Source of the DNA: Escherichia phage UE-S5b
Reading direction: 5' to 3' (one strand)
Length of the DNA: 64,000 nucleotides
Sequence record: PP301341.1
Part shown: in pieces, positions 40,051-50,545 of the stretch
Layout: each line of letters starts with the position of its first letter
Numbering within the stretch: the first letter of the stretch is position 1
Notes under the pieces: generated by a model
Told to the model about the DNA's origin: nothing
Seen by the model: the letters and a program-made list of their open reading frames with translations, nothing else
The model's database searches: none
Position numbers and translations under genes: made by a program

Positions 40051-40227
40051 ACGATATTAACTACTCTTTTTTAATGCCTTTACTTCACCATCTTTATACC
40101 AAGCATATGGTATTAAGATTTTGCAACCTTCTGAATCAATGTGGAATGCTTTGTTCCCTTCAACAGGTTCTCCACCCACGAAAGAACTAACCTTTCCATT
40201 GAGCCAGTGAATAGTAAATTTGTTCAT
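40051..40227 (-). CDS. hypothetical small protein (58 aa)
   Basis: Hand-translated minus-strand ORF MNKFTIHWLNGKVSSFVGGEPVEGNKAFHIDSEGCKILIPYAWYKDGEVKALKKSS; below the 60-aa track cutoff. Confidence 0.25.
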
Positions 40228-40458
40228 GTTAACCNNGTTTGAACCAATCCCCTTCNGAGAGTATTAAAGGGGACTGGTTCGGTTGTTGTTATTCTGGCGG
40301 CTTGTCACCACCGTGTTTACCACTGCATTTCCACAGGATAATGACAGTGATGATAAAAGCTATGTATGGAGCCGACACGTCTATAATCCTGACCAGTAGT
40401 AGCATCAGGACTATAAACACTACCACACCTAGCAGCAGCTTCTGAGCCACCTACCAGA

Positions 40459-40902
40459 TTAACTACGTTTAAGGCCAGCGAACAGTGAAGGTTTCGCAGC
40501 AGGTTTCTCTGCTGGTTCTTCAGCCTTAACCTCTTCCTGCACAACTTCTTCTTGTGCTTCTGGTTCAGTTACTGCTTCTTCTTCAGGTTCCGGCGTAGAA
40601 CTCTCGTTCGGACCACCAGTAGAGGTCTGGATTTCTTCTCCCTTTACCNCTTCAACCACTTCTTCTGGTTCCGGTTCTACCGGACGGTGTTTAGCTTCCT
40701 GAGGGTTCTTACGAGAACGACGTGTCTTCTTCTCTACCAAGGGCGGAGTATCATCGTTATGACTTACCTCTTCGTTAATACCAACGGAGGCTGTACCATC
40801 TGCATTGATGACAATACTAATGTCTCCAGCAAGATTGATTTGATCATCGACATAAGCCTGTACAGCAGCTTCTACTTCGGACTGGTTCAAAATGATTTGC
40901 AT
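40459..40902 (-). CDS. acidic Pro/Glu-rich protein (unknown function)
   Basis: 147-aa ORF, folded N-terminal ~50 aa then a low-complexity PEPEEE-rich tail; abuts the resolvase gene. Confidence 0.45.
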   Translation of the reverse strand: MQIILNQSEVEAAVQAYVDDQINLAGDISIVINADGTASVGINEEVSHNDDTPPLVEKKTRRSRKNPQEAKHRPVEPEPEEVVEXVKGEEIQTSTGGPNESSTPEPEEEAVTEPEAQEEVVQEEVKAEEPAEKPAAKPSLFAGLKRS

Positions 40903-40903
40903 A

Positions 40904-41458
40904 TTACGCCTTTATTAAATTAAGAAGGTTTTGGAAAGCTGGGAGATTTACACCAGCGTGGATTGCACCGATTGCATCTGCTAAGTGCTCATTCTTATTC
41001 AGAAGTTTACCTTTTTTATCTGTGAGCCAGTTGGCTTCTGGATAGATAGCATGGGCAGCACGAATCATCGTGTCTTTGGATGCAGTTTTATCACCGACCA
41101 GTGCAAGTTTATTTTCAATTGGGGATACTTCAAAGATTGGACAACCCAATGCACGAAATGCACCAATTAATCCTACGCATACGCCATAGGATTTCATACC
41201 GTTAGCAGACTGAGAGCCTACTGGTACTTCTACGAATACTGCTTTAGCAGACCGTAACCATTCTTCACAACCAAGAAACAAATCGTGAGCGGCTTGTATA
41301 TCTTTGGAGTTGGTTCGAACTTGTTTGTTGTGGTCAACTTCAGTTTGAACCAGTTTAAGTTCGACCTGCTCGAAGACGCCGGACTCAATGTCCAGCATCC
41401 CACGAGCTAAACCCCAATTGCGGAGACTAATGTCTGCACCAACAATTGGGATTTTCAT
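40904..41458 (-). CDS. RuvC-like Holliday junction resolvase
   Basis: 184 aa; MKIPIVGADISL (first-strand Asp), VFVEVPVGS (Glu), C-terminal HLADAIGAIHAG (Asp) fit the RuvC-fold catalytic layout. Confidence 0.55.
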   Translation of the reverse strand: MKIPIVGADISLRNWGLARGMLDIESGVFEQVELKLVQTEVDHNKQVRTNSKDIQAAHDLFLGCEEWLRSAKAVFVEVPVGSQSANGMKSYGVCVGLIGAFRALGCPIFEVSPIENKLALVGDKTASKDTMIRAAHAIYPEANWLTDKKGKLLNKNEHLADAIGAIHAGVNLPAFQNLLNLIKA

Positions 41459-42255
41459 TAACGTTTACCGAACAGTGATTTACCACCAGCAGGAGCAGTA
41501 CCCGTGCCAGCACTTGGTTTAGGAGGCAAGCCACCTTTGCCATTACCACCAGCAGAACCCTTGGTCTTATCACGGGTTTTACCCTTGTTCTTTTCTAACC
41601 ATGCTGCATAAAATACAGCCAGTTCTGGGGTCAGTTCTTTCTCAGCCTTCTCTGCTTCCTGAGCCTCGACGACTGTGACCAGCAGTTCCGGGTGAAACAC
41701 TTTCTGAATCTCGTTTACTTCACGGGTTTCACCGGAATCAACGTAACCGTTGTCACCCTTAACCTGCTTAGATTCCAGAACCTTTTCCAGGGCGAAGGTA
41801 ACAGTCTGACCAACCAGGTCTACTGGAACCATGACAGATTTATTAACTTCTGCTTTAGCATCGAAGTCATAGACTTTAACAATCTTCTCTTCGAAGTCAG
41901 CTTCAGGCAGTTCCGTACCGGTAGCCATCAGCATCATGTCGTTAATGACGGTGTATCCCGGCAGGAAGTATTCTTTACCGTTCTTCTCGTAAGTAGGCTT
42001 ATTGCCTTTAGAATTACCAGAAGTGAAGTACACCTGTGAACGGAACTCGCCAGCATCATTACCATCAGAACCTTTCAGGTTTTCAATGATTAACTGCATC
42101 CAGTCTGCACCAGAGTCAGCTTTACCTACGTAAGCTACTTTTACAGTACCGGTGTAGATATCTGACTCCTTTGCACCGAAGCCACCACCACCAAGGGAGT
42201 CTTTTACAGCTTCAACGTTTTTGGTTTTTTCTTTCAAGTTACTGAACAGTGACAT
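41458..42255 (-). CDS. putative single-stranded DNA-binding protein (N4 SSB-like by size and position)
   Basis: 265-aa ORF with a Gly/Pro-rich flexible C-terminal tail ending ...SLFGKR; sits between resolvase and Sak4-like ATPase genes. Confidence 0.45.
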   Translation of the reverse strand: MSLFSNLKEKTKNVEAVKDSLGGGGFGAKESDIYTGTVKVAYVGKADSGADWMQLIIENLKGSDGNDAGEFRSQVYFTSGNSKGNKPTYEKNGKEYFLPGYTVINDMMLMATGTELPEADFEEKIVKVYDFDAKAEVNKSVMVPVDLVGQTVTFALEKVLESKQVKGDNGYVDSGETREVNEIQKVFHPELLVTVVEAQEAEKAEKELTPELAVFYAAWLEKNKGKTRDKTKGSAGGNGKGGLPPKPSAGTGTAPAGGKSLFGKR

Positions 42256-42295
42256 AATATTTTTCCTAATAAGTGATTAACAACCAGGCAAACGC

Positions 42296-43048
42296 TTAAG
42301 CGTAGTATTCAGCCAGATGGTCTAAGAGTTTCTGGGCATCATTATCAATGTAAGTCTCAGACTTATCGAACATACCCATTGGGGAACGTAGACGTTTACC
42401 AACAGACTTCTTGGTTGGGCGAGTCTGGAATACGTGCTTATAACCTAAGTCACGTTCTTCTTCGGTAATTTCAAGCATCTTGTTGCCATACTTCTCCAGC
42501 TCTTTAATGTCTACACGCTCTGCGTAAACCACTGTAGAGAAGTAAGCCTCAAGACCATTGTTCTTCAGAGAACCTTTCACTGGGATGAATGTTTTAATCA
42601 CACCAGCAGCTTCGTCGAGTTCATCTTTGGCATGGGCAGTAATAATTACTGGCTTACCAAATTTAACAACTTTCTGTTGCAGCAGTATTTTAAAGAACTG
42701 TGCAAAATCTCCCCATGCCTTCTGAGTATTAGCAGATGGCAGTACATACTGAGATTCCAGCATATCCATCATGAAGGTAGCAGAGTCGATAATGATTCCA
42801 TCAACATCGTCTGCCATTTCACCACCTGGGGATGCAACATCAAATGCTTCCCAAATCTGATATGGGTCTTCAATGTTGTAGGTATTGAATTTGTTACGGA
42901 AGGGTAGACGTTTGCCCGCTTCAGTATTCAGATATAGCCAGCGTTCCTGGTTCCTGATGTTACGCAGTGATGCTGATTTACCACTCGCTGAGAATCCTGC
43001 AATCAGGATTAGCTGAGTGTTCATATCATTGGAGATTTCTTCGGACAT
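42296..43048 (-). CDS. RecA-like minimal ATPase (Sak4-like recombination protein)
   Basis: 250 aa; Walker A GFSASGKS, Walker-B-like IIIDSATFM; small RecA-core size; adjacent to SSB. Confidence 0.55.
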   Translation of the reverse strand: MSEEISNDMNTQLILIAGFSASGKSASLRNIRNQERWLYLNTEAGKRLPFRNKFNTYNIEDPYQIWEAFDVASPGGEMADDVDGIIIDSATFMMDMLESQYVLPSANTQKAWGDFAQFFKILLQQKVVKFGKPVIITAHAKDELDEAAGVIKTFIPVKGSLKNNGLEAYFSTVVYAERVDIKELEKYGNKMLEITEEERDLGYKHVFQTRPTKKSVGKRLRSPMGMFDKSETYIDNDAQKLLDHLAEYYA

Positions 43049-43104
43049 TATTTTTCCTCGTTTAATTTAGGAGTCCTTCAAACCAAAGAAAGACTCCTGT
43101 TTAC

Positions 43105-45258
43105 TTATTTGCCAGCGTAGCGTTTAGCCACGGTGACCATTACGGTTGCATTCAATTCATCATCTGGTAATGGATTAGCCAGTTTCTTATTGAATGTGTG
43201 GACGGCTTGCTGTACTTGAGCAAAGTCCCAACCACTGTCAACCAATGCCAGTGCGTACTTAATCATTTGATTATTACGATTACCGGAGGCAATACGACTA
43301 GCGAACCAACGCTCCAGATTATCCAACGACTGTACTTCCTTCATCTGGTTCTGGAACTGCTCGTTCTTACTAGTACGAGGAATAAAGTCACGCACATCTA
43401 ACAGATTCGCATCAAGATTGTAATGATAGGAACCAGTCTCACAGGACATCCACTTCTTGGCTCGTTGGTTAGCAGACTCATCTGTTTCAAATGGTAGCCA
43501 AGCCATAACGTTATTCATGAACTCTTTGTATTCCTCAGTGTCGAGGTGTAACTCATAGTTCATTGGAATAATCAGACGGAAGCGGTTCTCTTCATCAGTA
43601 TGACGCTTGGTGGTATAGGTCATGAACTTATATTCCTTCATTAGTTCATGGCACGTATGCAGGGGTACTCCACCATCACAGTCAATAACAATCATGTTAA
43701 ATCCTGGGATAACATTTTCTTCAGAACGATGCCCATTCTTCATGTGATGGTTTACCCAGTGCATACCGGGAGCTTGGGTTAATACATGCAACTGGTCGAA
43801 CGGTACACGTTCACCAATGTAGTCATAAGCAAAGCTATCACTATACGCCACAATCATCTCATTGATGTCTGTCTCTTTAAGAGTTTCACCACGGAAGAAC
43901 TCAATACCTTCATTGAAGGTCTTCTTAATGATGATGTGCTGCTTGTAACCCCATGCTGTAGCAAGAGTCATCATCTCATTACGAGCTGCATTACCACTCT
44001 TATAGAATGGTAAAGACTCCACCAAATCAGCATGGGTTACTTCTTTACCTACAGAAGCAATGTACTTAGCCAGCTTCACATAAGCCTTCTCACGATTGAG
44101 GATTGTCTGAAATGCTGCTCCAGATTCTTCTACAAGCAGAATTGCTTGTTTAAGGTGGGTCATCTCAATGAATGAACTTTGGTCAACAAACGCCAGTGCA
44201 CCTGCCAGCTTAAGTGCTTTGAAATAACGGTGAGAAATTTCAGCTTTACGAATATCTTCATGGTCAGCCATAGCTTCTGCTTGCTTCTCACAATCAATTT
44301 TGTAAGCAATCAGAGCAATACCCACGGCATCTTCTACAACCATCTTAAAACCAAACAGGTTTGGGTCAGCCAGACTATGGAAATGGTTAGCCCACTTATC
44401 AAGAGTCTGTACGTTATCTTGTTTAATCAGGTTACGGTAGATTTCTTCCGGGGTTAGTGTTGCATGTGCTCTCTTGTCTAAGTGACCAGTAGCAAACAGA
44501 CAGCGACGTGCATACCCTATATCGAGAAAGCCATAGAACTGGTCTTCAGTCTGACCACCATCCAGCAGCTTACTCGGAGTACCGAACAGCAGCAGGTTAG
44601 TTGGAGTTTTTCCATCCAATTCTTCACCACGAACGCTTTCAGCAGTATTCTTGGTTAGCTTCTGTTTTACTTTTCCCTGGTCATATAACTCCAGGAATAG
44701 GGTTAGTACATCCATGTTAGCCAACAGGTTCGAACCAATTTCATCAATCTGAAGATTGATTGAACCACACCCAGCCATTAACAGCTTATGCCGTAGCTGT
44801 TTAACTGCTGGTGGAGTACCAGAGTCAAACGTAAACGGATATGCCCCGGCACGTTTATACTCTGCTTCAACTTTATCAAACTCTTCCTGCTGGTCAGTAC
44901 CCTGACGAGCAGAACGTTCGTTAGCAATCTTCCATAGACGATCATTTGCAATGACGGGCATGGTGTCTTCCATAAAGCGTTTACGGAAGCCAGACATGAA
45001 CCCGTCTTCAATGATATTTACTGAGTGACCTTTACCGAAACCAGATGTAGCCAACGCTATAGCGTAGATGTTTACCGGCAGGTCACCACGGTCTTTAGTT
45101 ACAATGGTTGCACCCATGCAGGATGCCATTTTAGCCAAGAAGTAGGCTACTTCGACACGGAAGAATCCCCGGTCATTATTCTGGGTTTTATTGCAGAGCA
45201 CATCTACGATTTCTTCAATCGCCTGATGATGCACTACTCCGGTAAGGTCAATACTCAT
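43105..45258 (-). CDS. putative DNA primase (primase-polymerase-like) / replication initiation protein
   Basis: About 717 aa from MSIDLTGVV (ATGA overlap with the upstream gene); MIVIDCDGG resembles an AEP DxD motif; position between nuclease and Sak4/SSB genes. Confidence 0.5.
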   Translation of the reverse strand: MSIDLTGVVHHQAIEEIVDVLCNKTQNNDRGFFRVEVAYFLAKMASCMGATIVTKDRGDLPVNIYAIALATSGFGKGHSVNIIEDGFMSGFRKRFMEDTMPVIANDRLWKIANERSARQGTDQQEEFDKVEAEYKRAGAYPFTFDSGTPPAVKQLRHKLLMAGCGSINLQIDEIGSNLLANMDVLTLFLELYDQGKVKQKLTKNTAESVRGEELDGKTPTNLLLFGTPSKLLDGGQTEDQFYGFLDIGYARRCLFATGHLDKRAHATLTPEEIYRNLIKQDNVQTLDKWANHFHSLADPNLFGFKMVVEDAVGIALIAYKIDCEKQAEAMADHEDIRKAEISHRYFKALKLAGALAFVDQSSFIEMTHLKQAILLVEESGAAFQTILNREKAYVKLAKYIASVGKEVTHADLVESLPFYKSGNAARNEMMTLATAWGYKQHIIIKKTFNEGIEFFRGETLKETDINEMIVAYSDSFAYDYIGERVPFDQLHVLTQAPGMHWVNHHMKNGHRSEENVIPGFNMIVIDCDGGVPLHTCHELMKEYKFMTYTTKRHTDEENRFRLIIPMNYELHLDTEEYKEFMNNVMAWLPFETDESANQRAKKWMSCETGSYHYNLDANLLDVRDFIPRTSKNEQFQNQMKEVQSLDNLERWFASRIASGNRNNQMIKYALALVDSGWDFAQVQQAVHTFNKKLANPLPDDELNATVMVTVAKRYAGK

Positions 45259-46384
45259 GATGGAAAATATCTCTCTCTTTGTTTGCAAATGGATGCGACA
45301 GGGCAGTATAAACAACGCTTAACCTGCCCCTCCACGACCTTGATAGCACCCTTGCCACCTTTTTCAGCCATGAAGATACGAGCAGATGCCATATCGTCAA
45401 AGTTTTTGGTACTTCTGGCTCCAGGCATATCTACCTTAGAAGCATCAGAGAAGTATTTGAACTGTGGCTCTGTTCGCCACAACTCCTCGTCAGTACATTC
45501 AGGAATTTCCTCTTCAGGAGCATCCCAGTACTTTTCGATGAGATGTATCTTCTCTTCTACCCAACGTTCAGTCTTATCGACAGATAACAACGGAATATCC
45601 TTATGCATAATACGATTAGCAGGATAGTTCGGATTGCTATTAGCCATGTGTTTCATGAAGTCAGTGAAGATGTAGTTAATACGGATTACATCCTCGGTAA
45701 TGATGTCGTTGTGAATCCAACGGTACAAGCTACCTTGCATCTTGTGTTCATCATCACGGGAACCAGCAACCCAGGAATAGGTTGAGGTAGACTTAAAGTC
45801 TTGCAATAGACCTTCTGTTACGATGTCGAACTTACCCCCGATAGTCCAACCCTTAACTACCCTGGTTCCACGTTGTTCAATGTAGATTGGGATAAGGTCA
45901 GGGTTAGCATCAAAGTCTGCTTTGGTTGGGTTAATGACTACTGCATCAATTACTCGCTGAGGGTAACCCAACTTCTTCAATGCAGTCTTATGTCCTAGCT
46001 TCCAGGCTTTCTCGATAGAATCATGCAAGCCAGTACCCATTGATGTGGAGACNTAGCATCAAAGTCTGCTTTGGTTGGGTTAATGACTACTGCATCAATT
46101 ACTCGCTGAGGGTAACCCAACTTCTTCAATGCAGTCTTATGTCCTAGCTTCCAGGCTTTCTCGATAGAATCATGCAAGCCAGTACCCATTGATGTGGAGA
46201 CGAAATCCATAACATCAATAGACTGGTCACTAAGGTCTACACGATGTTTCATGACGATTTGCTTAAGTGGCTTAAGCAATGTAGTTACAGACAGATACTT
46301 GGGATTGTCTACATAATCATACTCGTCATGTAATAGCCATACAGCCAGGGCCAGCGAGACATCATGGTTGTTGGTTATCTTCAT
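45255..46384 (-). CDS. PD-(D/E)xK-like nuclease with C-terminal Cys cluster; reading frame split by a 149-bp tandem duplication (probable assembly artefact)
   Basis: Track ORFs 45255..46040 and 45995..46384 repeat the same peptide (GTGLHDSIEKAWKLGHKTALKKLGYPQRVIDAVVINPTKADFDA); removing one repeat copy restores a single ~330-aa ORF ending ...RCLYCPVASICKQRERYFPS. Confidence 0.45.
45905..46201. repeat. exact tandem duplication, 2 x 148 bp separated by a single N
   Basis: 45905-46052 is repeated at 46054-46201 with N at 46053; period 149 bp, not a multiple of 3. Confidence 0.85.
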
Positions 46385-47114
46385 CAGTAAGTAATCCTGT
46401 ATCTATGCACCTGGTTCCAACGAATACTCTCTACCTCATCGAAGCTATAGCTGACTATGTTATCTAGTTCACCTTTGTACGCTACCTCAATGAACTGAAA
46501 GTTCACTGTTAGATAAGGCTTTCCATTCCCCGGGTAATGCCAGCATCTCCCAGTAGCAGTGATATCTGTGGCAGGTAATTCATCTACTAACTTCTCTTTA
46601 GTAAGAATACGATTAGCGTAATGAACCAATTTCTCACAGTCATAAACTGAAGTGTTTCCAGGTTTACCATTACCCATACGGGCAGCAGCATTTCGCCATA
46701 GAGCTTTAAAGGCACAACCTTCATCGAAGGTCATGCCCAGTGCTTGGATAATATCCTCACACTCTGCTNTGTTAGATAAGGCTTTCCATTCCCCGGGTAA
46801 TGCCAGCATCTCCCAGTAGCAGTGATATCTGTGGCAGGTAATTCATCTACTAACTTCTCTTTAGTAAGAATACGATTAGCGTAATGAACCAATTTCTCAC
46901 AGTCATAAACTGAAGTGTTTCCAGGTTTACCATTACCCATACGGGCAGCAGCATTTCGCCATAGAGCTTTAAAGGCACAACCTTCATCGAAGGTCATGCC
47001 NAGTGCTTGGATAATATCCTCACACTCTGCTTGGTATGGCTCTTGCTCTTTCCGTTGGGGATTCTTAATTGTAACTACATAGTAGTTATTAAGACCACCG
47101 GAGAGCTTAGTCAT
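46384..47114 (-). CDS. hypothetical protein; reading frame split by a ~261-bp tandem duplication (probable assembly artefact)
   Basis: Track ORFs 46384..46809 and 46731..47114 share an identical 70-aa segment (QAECEDIIQA...GNGKPYLT); collapsing the repeat gives one ~160-aa ORF. Confidence 0.4.
46508..47031. repeat. exact tandem duplication, 2 x ~261 bp with an N at the junction
   Basis: 46508-46768 is repeated at 46771-47031; N at 46769 and a further N at 47001. Confidence 0.85.
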
Positions 47115-47419
47115 TATTCCCCCTTGGGAATCATGTTTGCCTGGAACTCTGGTTCAGACATCAGGCCCAGGTTGTTAATAGATAGATAAACAATATCTTT
47201 CAAATCAACTGAGGTATCGAAACGCTGATCCAGACTAATCTTCAGTGAGTGATTGGCACGAGCCAAATCTTTATAGGTCACATGAGGTTCGTCAGTGAGC
47301 AGCATTGTGTTCATGGTAAGCAGGGAGCCATCATCAGCTTTAGGAAGCTGGAAGATTACCTGTGCTGCCACCATCCAATGATACTTTTTGACTACAGTTT
47401 CTTTAGTACTTTTGGTCAT
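47114..47419 (-). CDS. hypothetical protein
   Basis: 101-aa ORF directly downstream of, and overlapping the stop of, the DNA polymerase gene. Confidence 0.45.
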   Translation of the reverse strand: MTKSTKETVVKKYHWMVAAQVIFQLPKADDGSLLTMNTMLLTDEPHVTYKDLARANHSLKISLDQRFDTSVDLKDIVYLSINNLGLMSEPEFQANMIPKGE

Positions 47420-49995
47420 GCGAATGCCTTTTGAATTATTTGATGAACTTCTTCTGGGGTAGCGTGATTTGGAATTTCAATCTCGTTAGCCCACGTTGGG
47501 TAAAACAAGGATAGTTCCCCACCCAAACCAACTTCTGGATGAGCAATATCAGGATGATCCTGCCAGTTAACGGCTTCAACCAAGTGCTTGTTCGTATACT
47601 GCAAGGTGTCCATGTTATCGCGAATCATGAAGTATTGGGCATCATGAATGTGAATACAAGGGCGTATATCTAACCTGAACTCACTGGTTCTGACTTTACG
47701 CATAAACTCTGAGCCAGCACGGTTATTCAGTAGACACCAGCTTTGACCTAATGCGTTACCAGCAGTTCTGCCTTCTGCTTCTGCTTCATATGGAGTCTTA
47801 CATGTCCCACGTAATACCTGAGCCAGTAAAGGAGTACGCACTCTCAAACCAAATGCAGCAGTTACATAACCAGTCTTAGCAGCTTCATCTAGCTTAGCCT
47901 GAACCCACATATCACTAACTACATAGAGATCGTGATAACGTTTCTCTGTAGTCTTAGCCTTCTCTTCGGAGAAGCCACAGTTTTTCATTAAGCCCATATA
48001 AGTACCACCATAGGTAAGTAAGAAGGTTGGAGCCTTCGAGTCACTACGCAATGATTTGTACTTATGCTGAATGGAGTTAATGGATTCTACTGTGTCTTCA
48101 ATGTCTGGCATCTGCTCACCAAAATAAGCATATGCGCGAAGACTATGACCGTCATAACCATCGGTATATACCTTAAGCTTCTGTGGGTCTTTAGTCGTCA
48201 GTGCAGAGATTCTGTCTTCCAGCGAGGCGAAATCCAAGCCGCAAAATATCCAGCCTGGAGGAGCTTCGAAGCATTTCTTAATCTTCTTGGCATATTTAGA
48301 GCCGGATGGANTTGTTTGTAGATTTGGCTCTGAAGCCGATAACCTACCGGAGACTGTGCCTCCCAGATTGAGGTTACCGAACAGGTAGTGCCAGCCATCT
48401 GGTCCCGGTTGGGCATTCCTGAAAGCTGGTATAAAGCTAGTGATAATCTTATCCACGAGCTTATAGTCGATAAGTGCATTGAGCAGTTCCTTAACATCTT
48501 CACTCTGCGTATGTGTACGCAGTGCTTTAATAGTGTCACCGTCAGTAGCAGGTTGCTTGCTCTTAGTAAGACCAAGAACCGGTAAGCCGATATAATCAAA
48601 TAACAACTTCTGTAGTTGTGGACCAGAGTTAGGATTAAACTCGATGTCACAATCAGCCAGTGTTACCTGTTTCTTTTTCAACTTAGCATTCTTATCGTCT
48701 ACCCATTCCTGACGAAGCATCAGGGTAAAGTTCTTCATGAGGTTAGACTCACGAATAGTTTTCAGAGCCTGGTTCCTGTCAGTTTCCATTTCTTCAGCTA
48801 CTTGGTTAACGGTTTCCATATTCATGGGCATACCGGTTAACTGCATCTGAATAATGTCTTCACAGGCTGGTTTAAAGATGTTGTTGTAAACATCTAGTTG
48901 GTCATCGGCAATGAGAGTATCCCAGTGCTTCTCATAAGTGTACCAAGTACACAATCCATCAATGAGGTTGTAGCGTAGCAATTGCTCATTGGGTATAAGA
49001 CGTATGTCTTTAATATCATCCTGAGCATAGTTACCAGCATATTCCTGAGCCTGGTCTTTCAGACTAAGGTGATTACCAGCACAACTGTTAGTAGCCAAGT
49101 AGGTAATTAACTTAGTACAGTCCCAATTGCGTAGCATGATCTCCATGCCGTGCAGTAAGCCTTCCGTATCAATCAGGTTATCCATGAACAGCTGATAGAT
49201 AAGTATGTACACGTCATAGCTAATGTTGTGATACATCTGCCGTTGGGTGTACTTAATGAAGAACTCACGCAGAAGGTTTCGAACAATATCATTACGGTTG
49301 ATACGCCCGTATGGTGCTTCTGTAGCCCCAGGAATTGGCTCGTAGTCCACATTAAAGGCTATGCCTTGTGTCTTACTCCAACAGAATGTAATTGTTCCTA
49401 TACCAGCGTTATAATGCTTTAAACCGAATGCTTCGATGTCTATAGCCAAAGGCTTATTCATCTCAAGCAACTGGTCTAACCAGGCTTTAATCTTCTCAGG
49501 AGTATCTGGATAGGCTTCAAACTCAATGATTCCCTGACCTGGTTCAGCATACTGCCCACGTATATGGTTGAGTAATGCATCCATACCCTGAGCAATCTTG
49601 GATTTCACTACAGGTGGGTCATAAAATACCTGCCTGTAGCTAGGCGTATAGATAACCTTCTGCTTACCCCATACTGAGTCACAAACATAGCCGAGGTTAG
49701 CCTCTGCTTTAGCTTCCTTAGTCAGTATTTTAAAGTAGTCAGAATCGGTACAGATAATGTATTGAGTTTCCGCATCATCCAGTACTTGTTGCAGTTCCTG
49801 CTGTATGAACTCCTTAATCTCCCTTGCAGGAGTCTTCTTCTTGCCTGGAGCAGAATGAAGTTCAATGAAGATGAAGTCTTCCATGCTTAGGTCATAAGGC
49901 AGCAGGTAGGTTTTAATCATCTCCTCCCTTCGGATTTGATGACCGAGGATAGCAATAGGATACTTACCAGTATCCTGAGAGGTGATGTAACGCAT
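47416..49995 (-). CDS. family A DNA polymerase with 3'-5' exonuclease domain
   Basis: 859 aa; exo-I-like LAIDIEAFG; motif A GLDFASLEDRI; motif B RSDSKAPTFLLTYGGTYMG (K...YG); motif C CIHIHDAQYF. Confidence 0.8.
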   Translation of the reverse strand: MRYITSQDTGKYPIAILGHQIRREEMIKTYLLPYDLSMEDFIFIELHSAPGKKKTPAREIKEFIQQELQQVLDDAETQYIICTDSDYFKILTKEAKAEANLGYVCDSVWGKQKVIYTPSYRQVFYDPPVVKSKIAQGMDALLNHIRGQYAEPGQGIIEFEAYPDTPEKIKAWLDQLLEMNKPLAIDIEAFGLKHYNAGIGTITFCWSKTQGIAFNVDYEPIPGATEAPYGRINRNDIVRNLLREFFIKYTQRQMYHNISYDVYILIYQLFMDNLIDTEGLLHGMEIMLRNWDCTKLITYLATNSCAGNHLSLKDQAQEYAGNYAQDDIKDIRLIPNEQLLRYNLIDGLCTWYTYEKHWDTLIADDQLDVYNNIFKPACEDIIQMQLTGMPMNMETVNQVAEEMETDRNQALKTIRESNLMKNFTLMLRQEWVDDKNAKLKKKQVTLADCDIEFNPNSGPQLQKLLFDYIGLPVLGLTKSKQPATDGDTIKALRTHTQSEDVKELLNALIDYKLVDKIITSFIPAFRNAQPGPDGWHYLFGNLNLGGTVSGRLSASEPNLQTXPSGSKYAKKIKKCFEAPPGWIFCGLDFASLEDRISALTTKDPQKLKVYTDGYDGHSLRAYAYFGEQMPDIEDTVESINSIQHKYKSLRSDSKAPTFLLTYGGTYMGLMKNCGFSEEKAKTTEKRYHDLYVVSDMWVQAKLDEAAKTGYVTAAFGLRVRTPLLAQVLRGTCKTPYEAEAEGRTAGNALGQSWCLLNNRAGSEFMRKVRTSEFRLDIRPCIHIHDAQYFMIRDNMDTLQYTNKHLVEAVNWQDHPDIAHPEVGLGGELSLFYPTWANEIEIPNHATPEEVHQIIQKAFA

Positions 49996-50004
49996 AGCTT
50001 TACC

Positions 50005-50535
50005 TTAGAAAATCAGATGGGAAGCTGCATAGTACTCAATAGAAGGCAGAATCTTCTCATACTGCTTAATTGCCATAGCATCACCAGCAAGTGTCCAGGC
50101 TGCTTCACGAATACGTGGCAGTTCCTTGTACTTACCAGTCTGGTCTTGGGCTACCAGACACTCAGGTAAAGCATCACGTACATCCTGATAGGACATACAA
50201 CCACGAACCAGACGATATACAGTCTGGTTCACAAGGTGTACTTCCATAATCAAACGACTGGAGGCTTTCAGATACTTGTCCATTGCAGGCCATAGTTCTG
50301 GATTAAGAGTTAGCCGCTCACCGTAGGTGGGAGGTCTGGTAGCATTAGAACGCTGATAGAACTCTCCCTGGTGAAGGAATCCAGCCGATACATCTACACC
50401 GTTAATACGGTCATTCTTATCAATAATACTGTTTAACACACCATCAAGACGAACCAGTTCTGCTAAGAACAGGTGTTTGACTATCTCGCTGCTATTGGCA
50501 ACCTGACCAATAGTCGCTGAACCAATCTGAGGCAT
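50005..50535 (-). CDS. hypothetical protein (replication module)
   Basis: 176-aa ORF between helicase and polymerase genes. Confidence 0.45.
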   Translation of the reverse strand: MPQIGSATIGQVANSSEIVKHLFLAELVRLDGVLNSIIDKNDRINGVDVSAGFLHQGEFYQRSNATRPPTYGERLTLNPELWPAMDKYLKASSRLIMEVHLVNQTVYRLVRGCMSYQDVRDALPECLVAQDQTGKYKELPRIREAAWTLAGDAMAIKQYEKILPSIEYYAASHLIF

Positions 50536-50545
50536 ATATCCTCCC

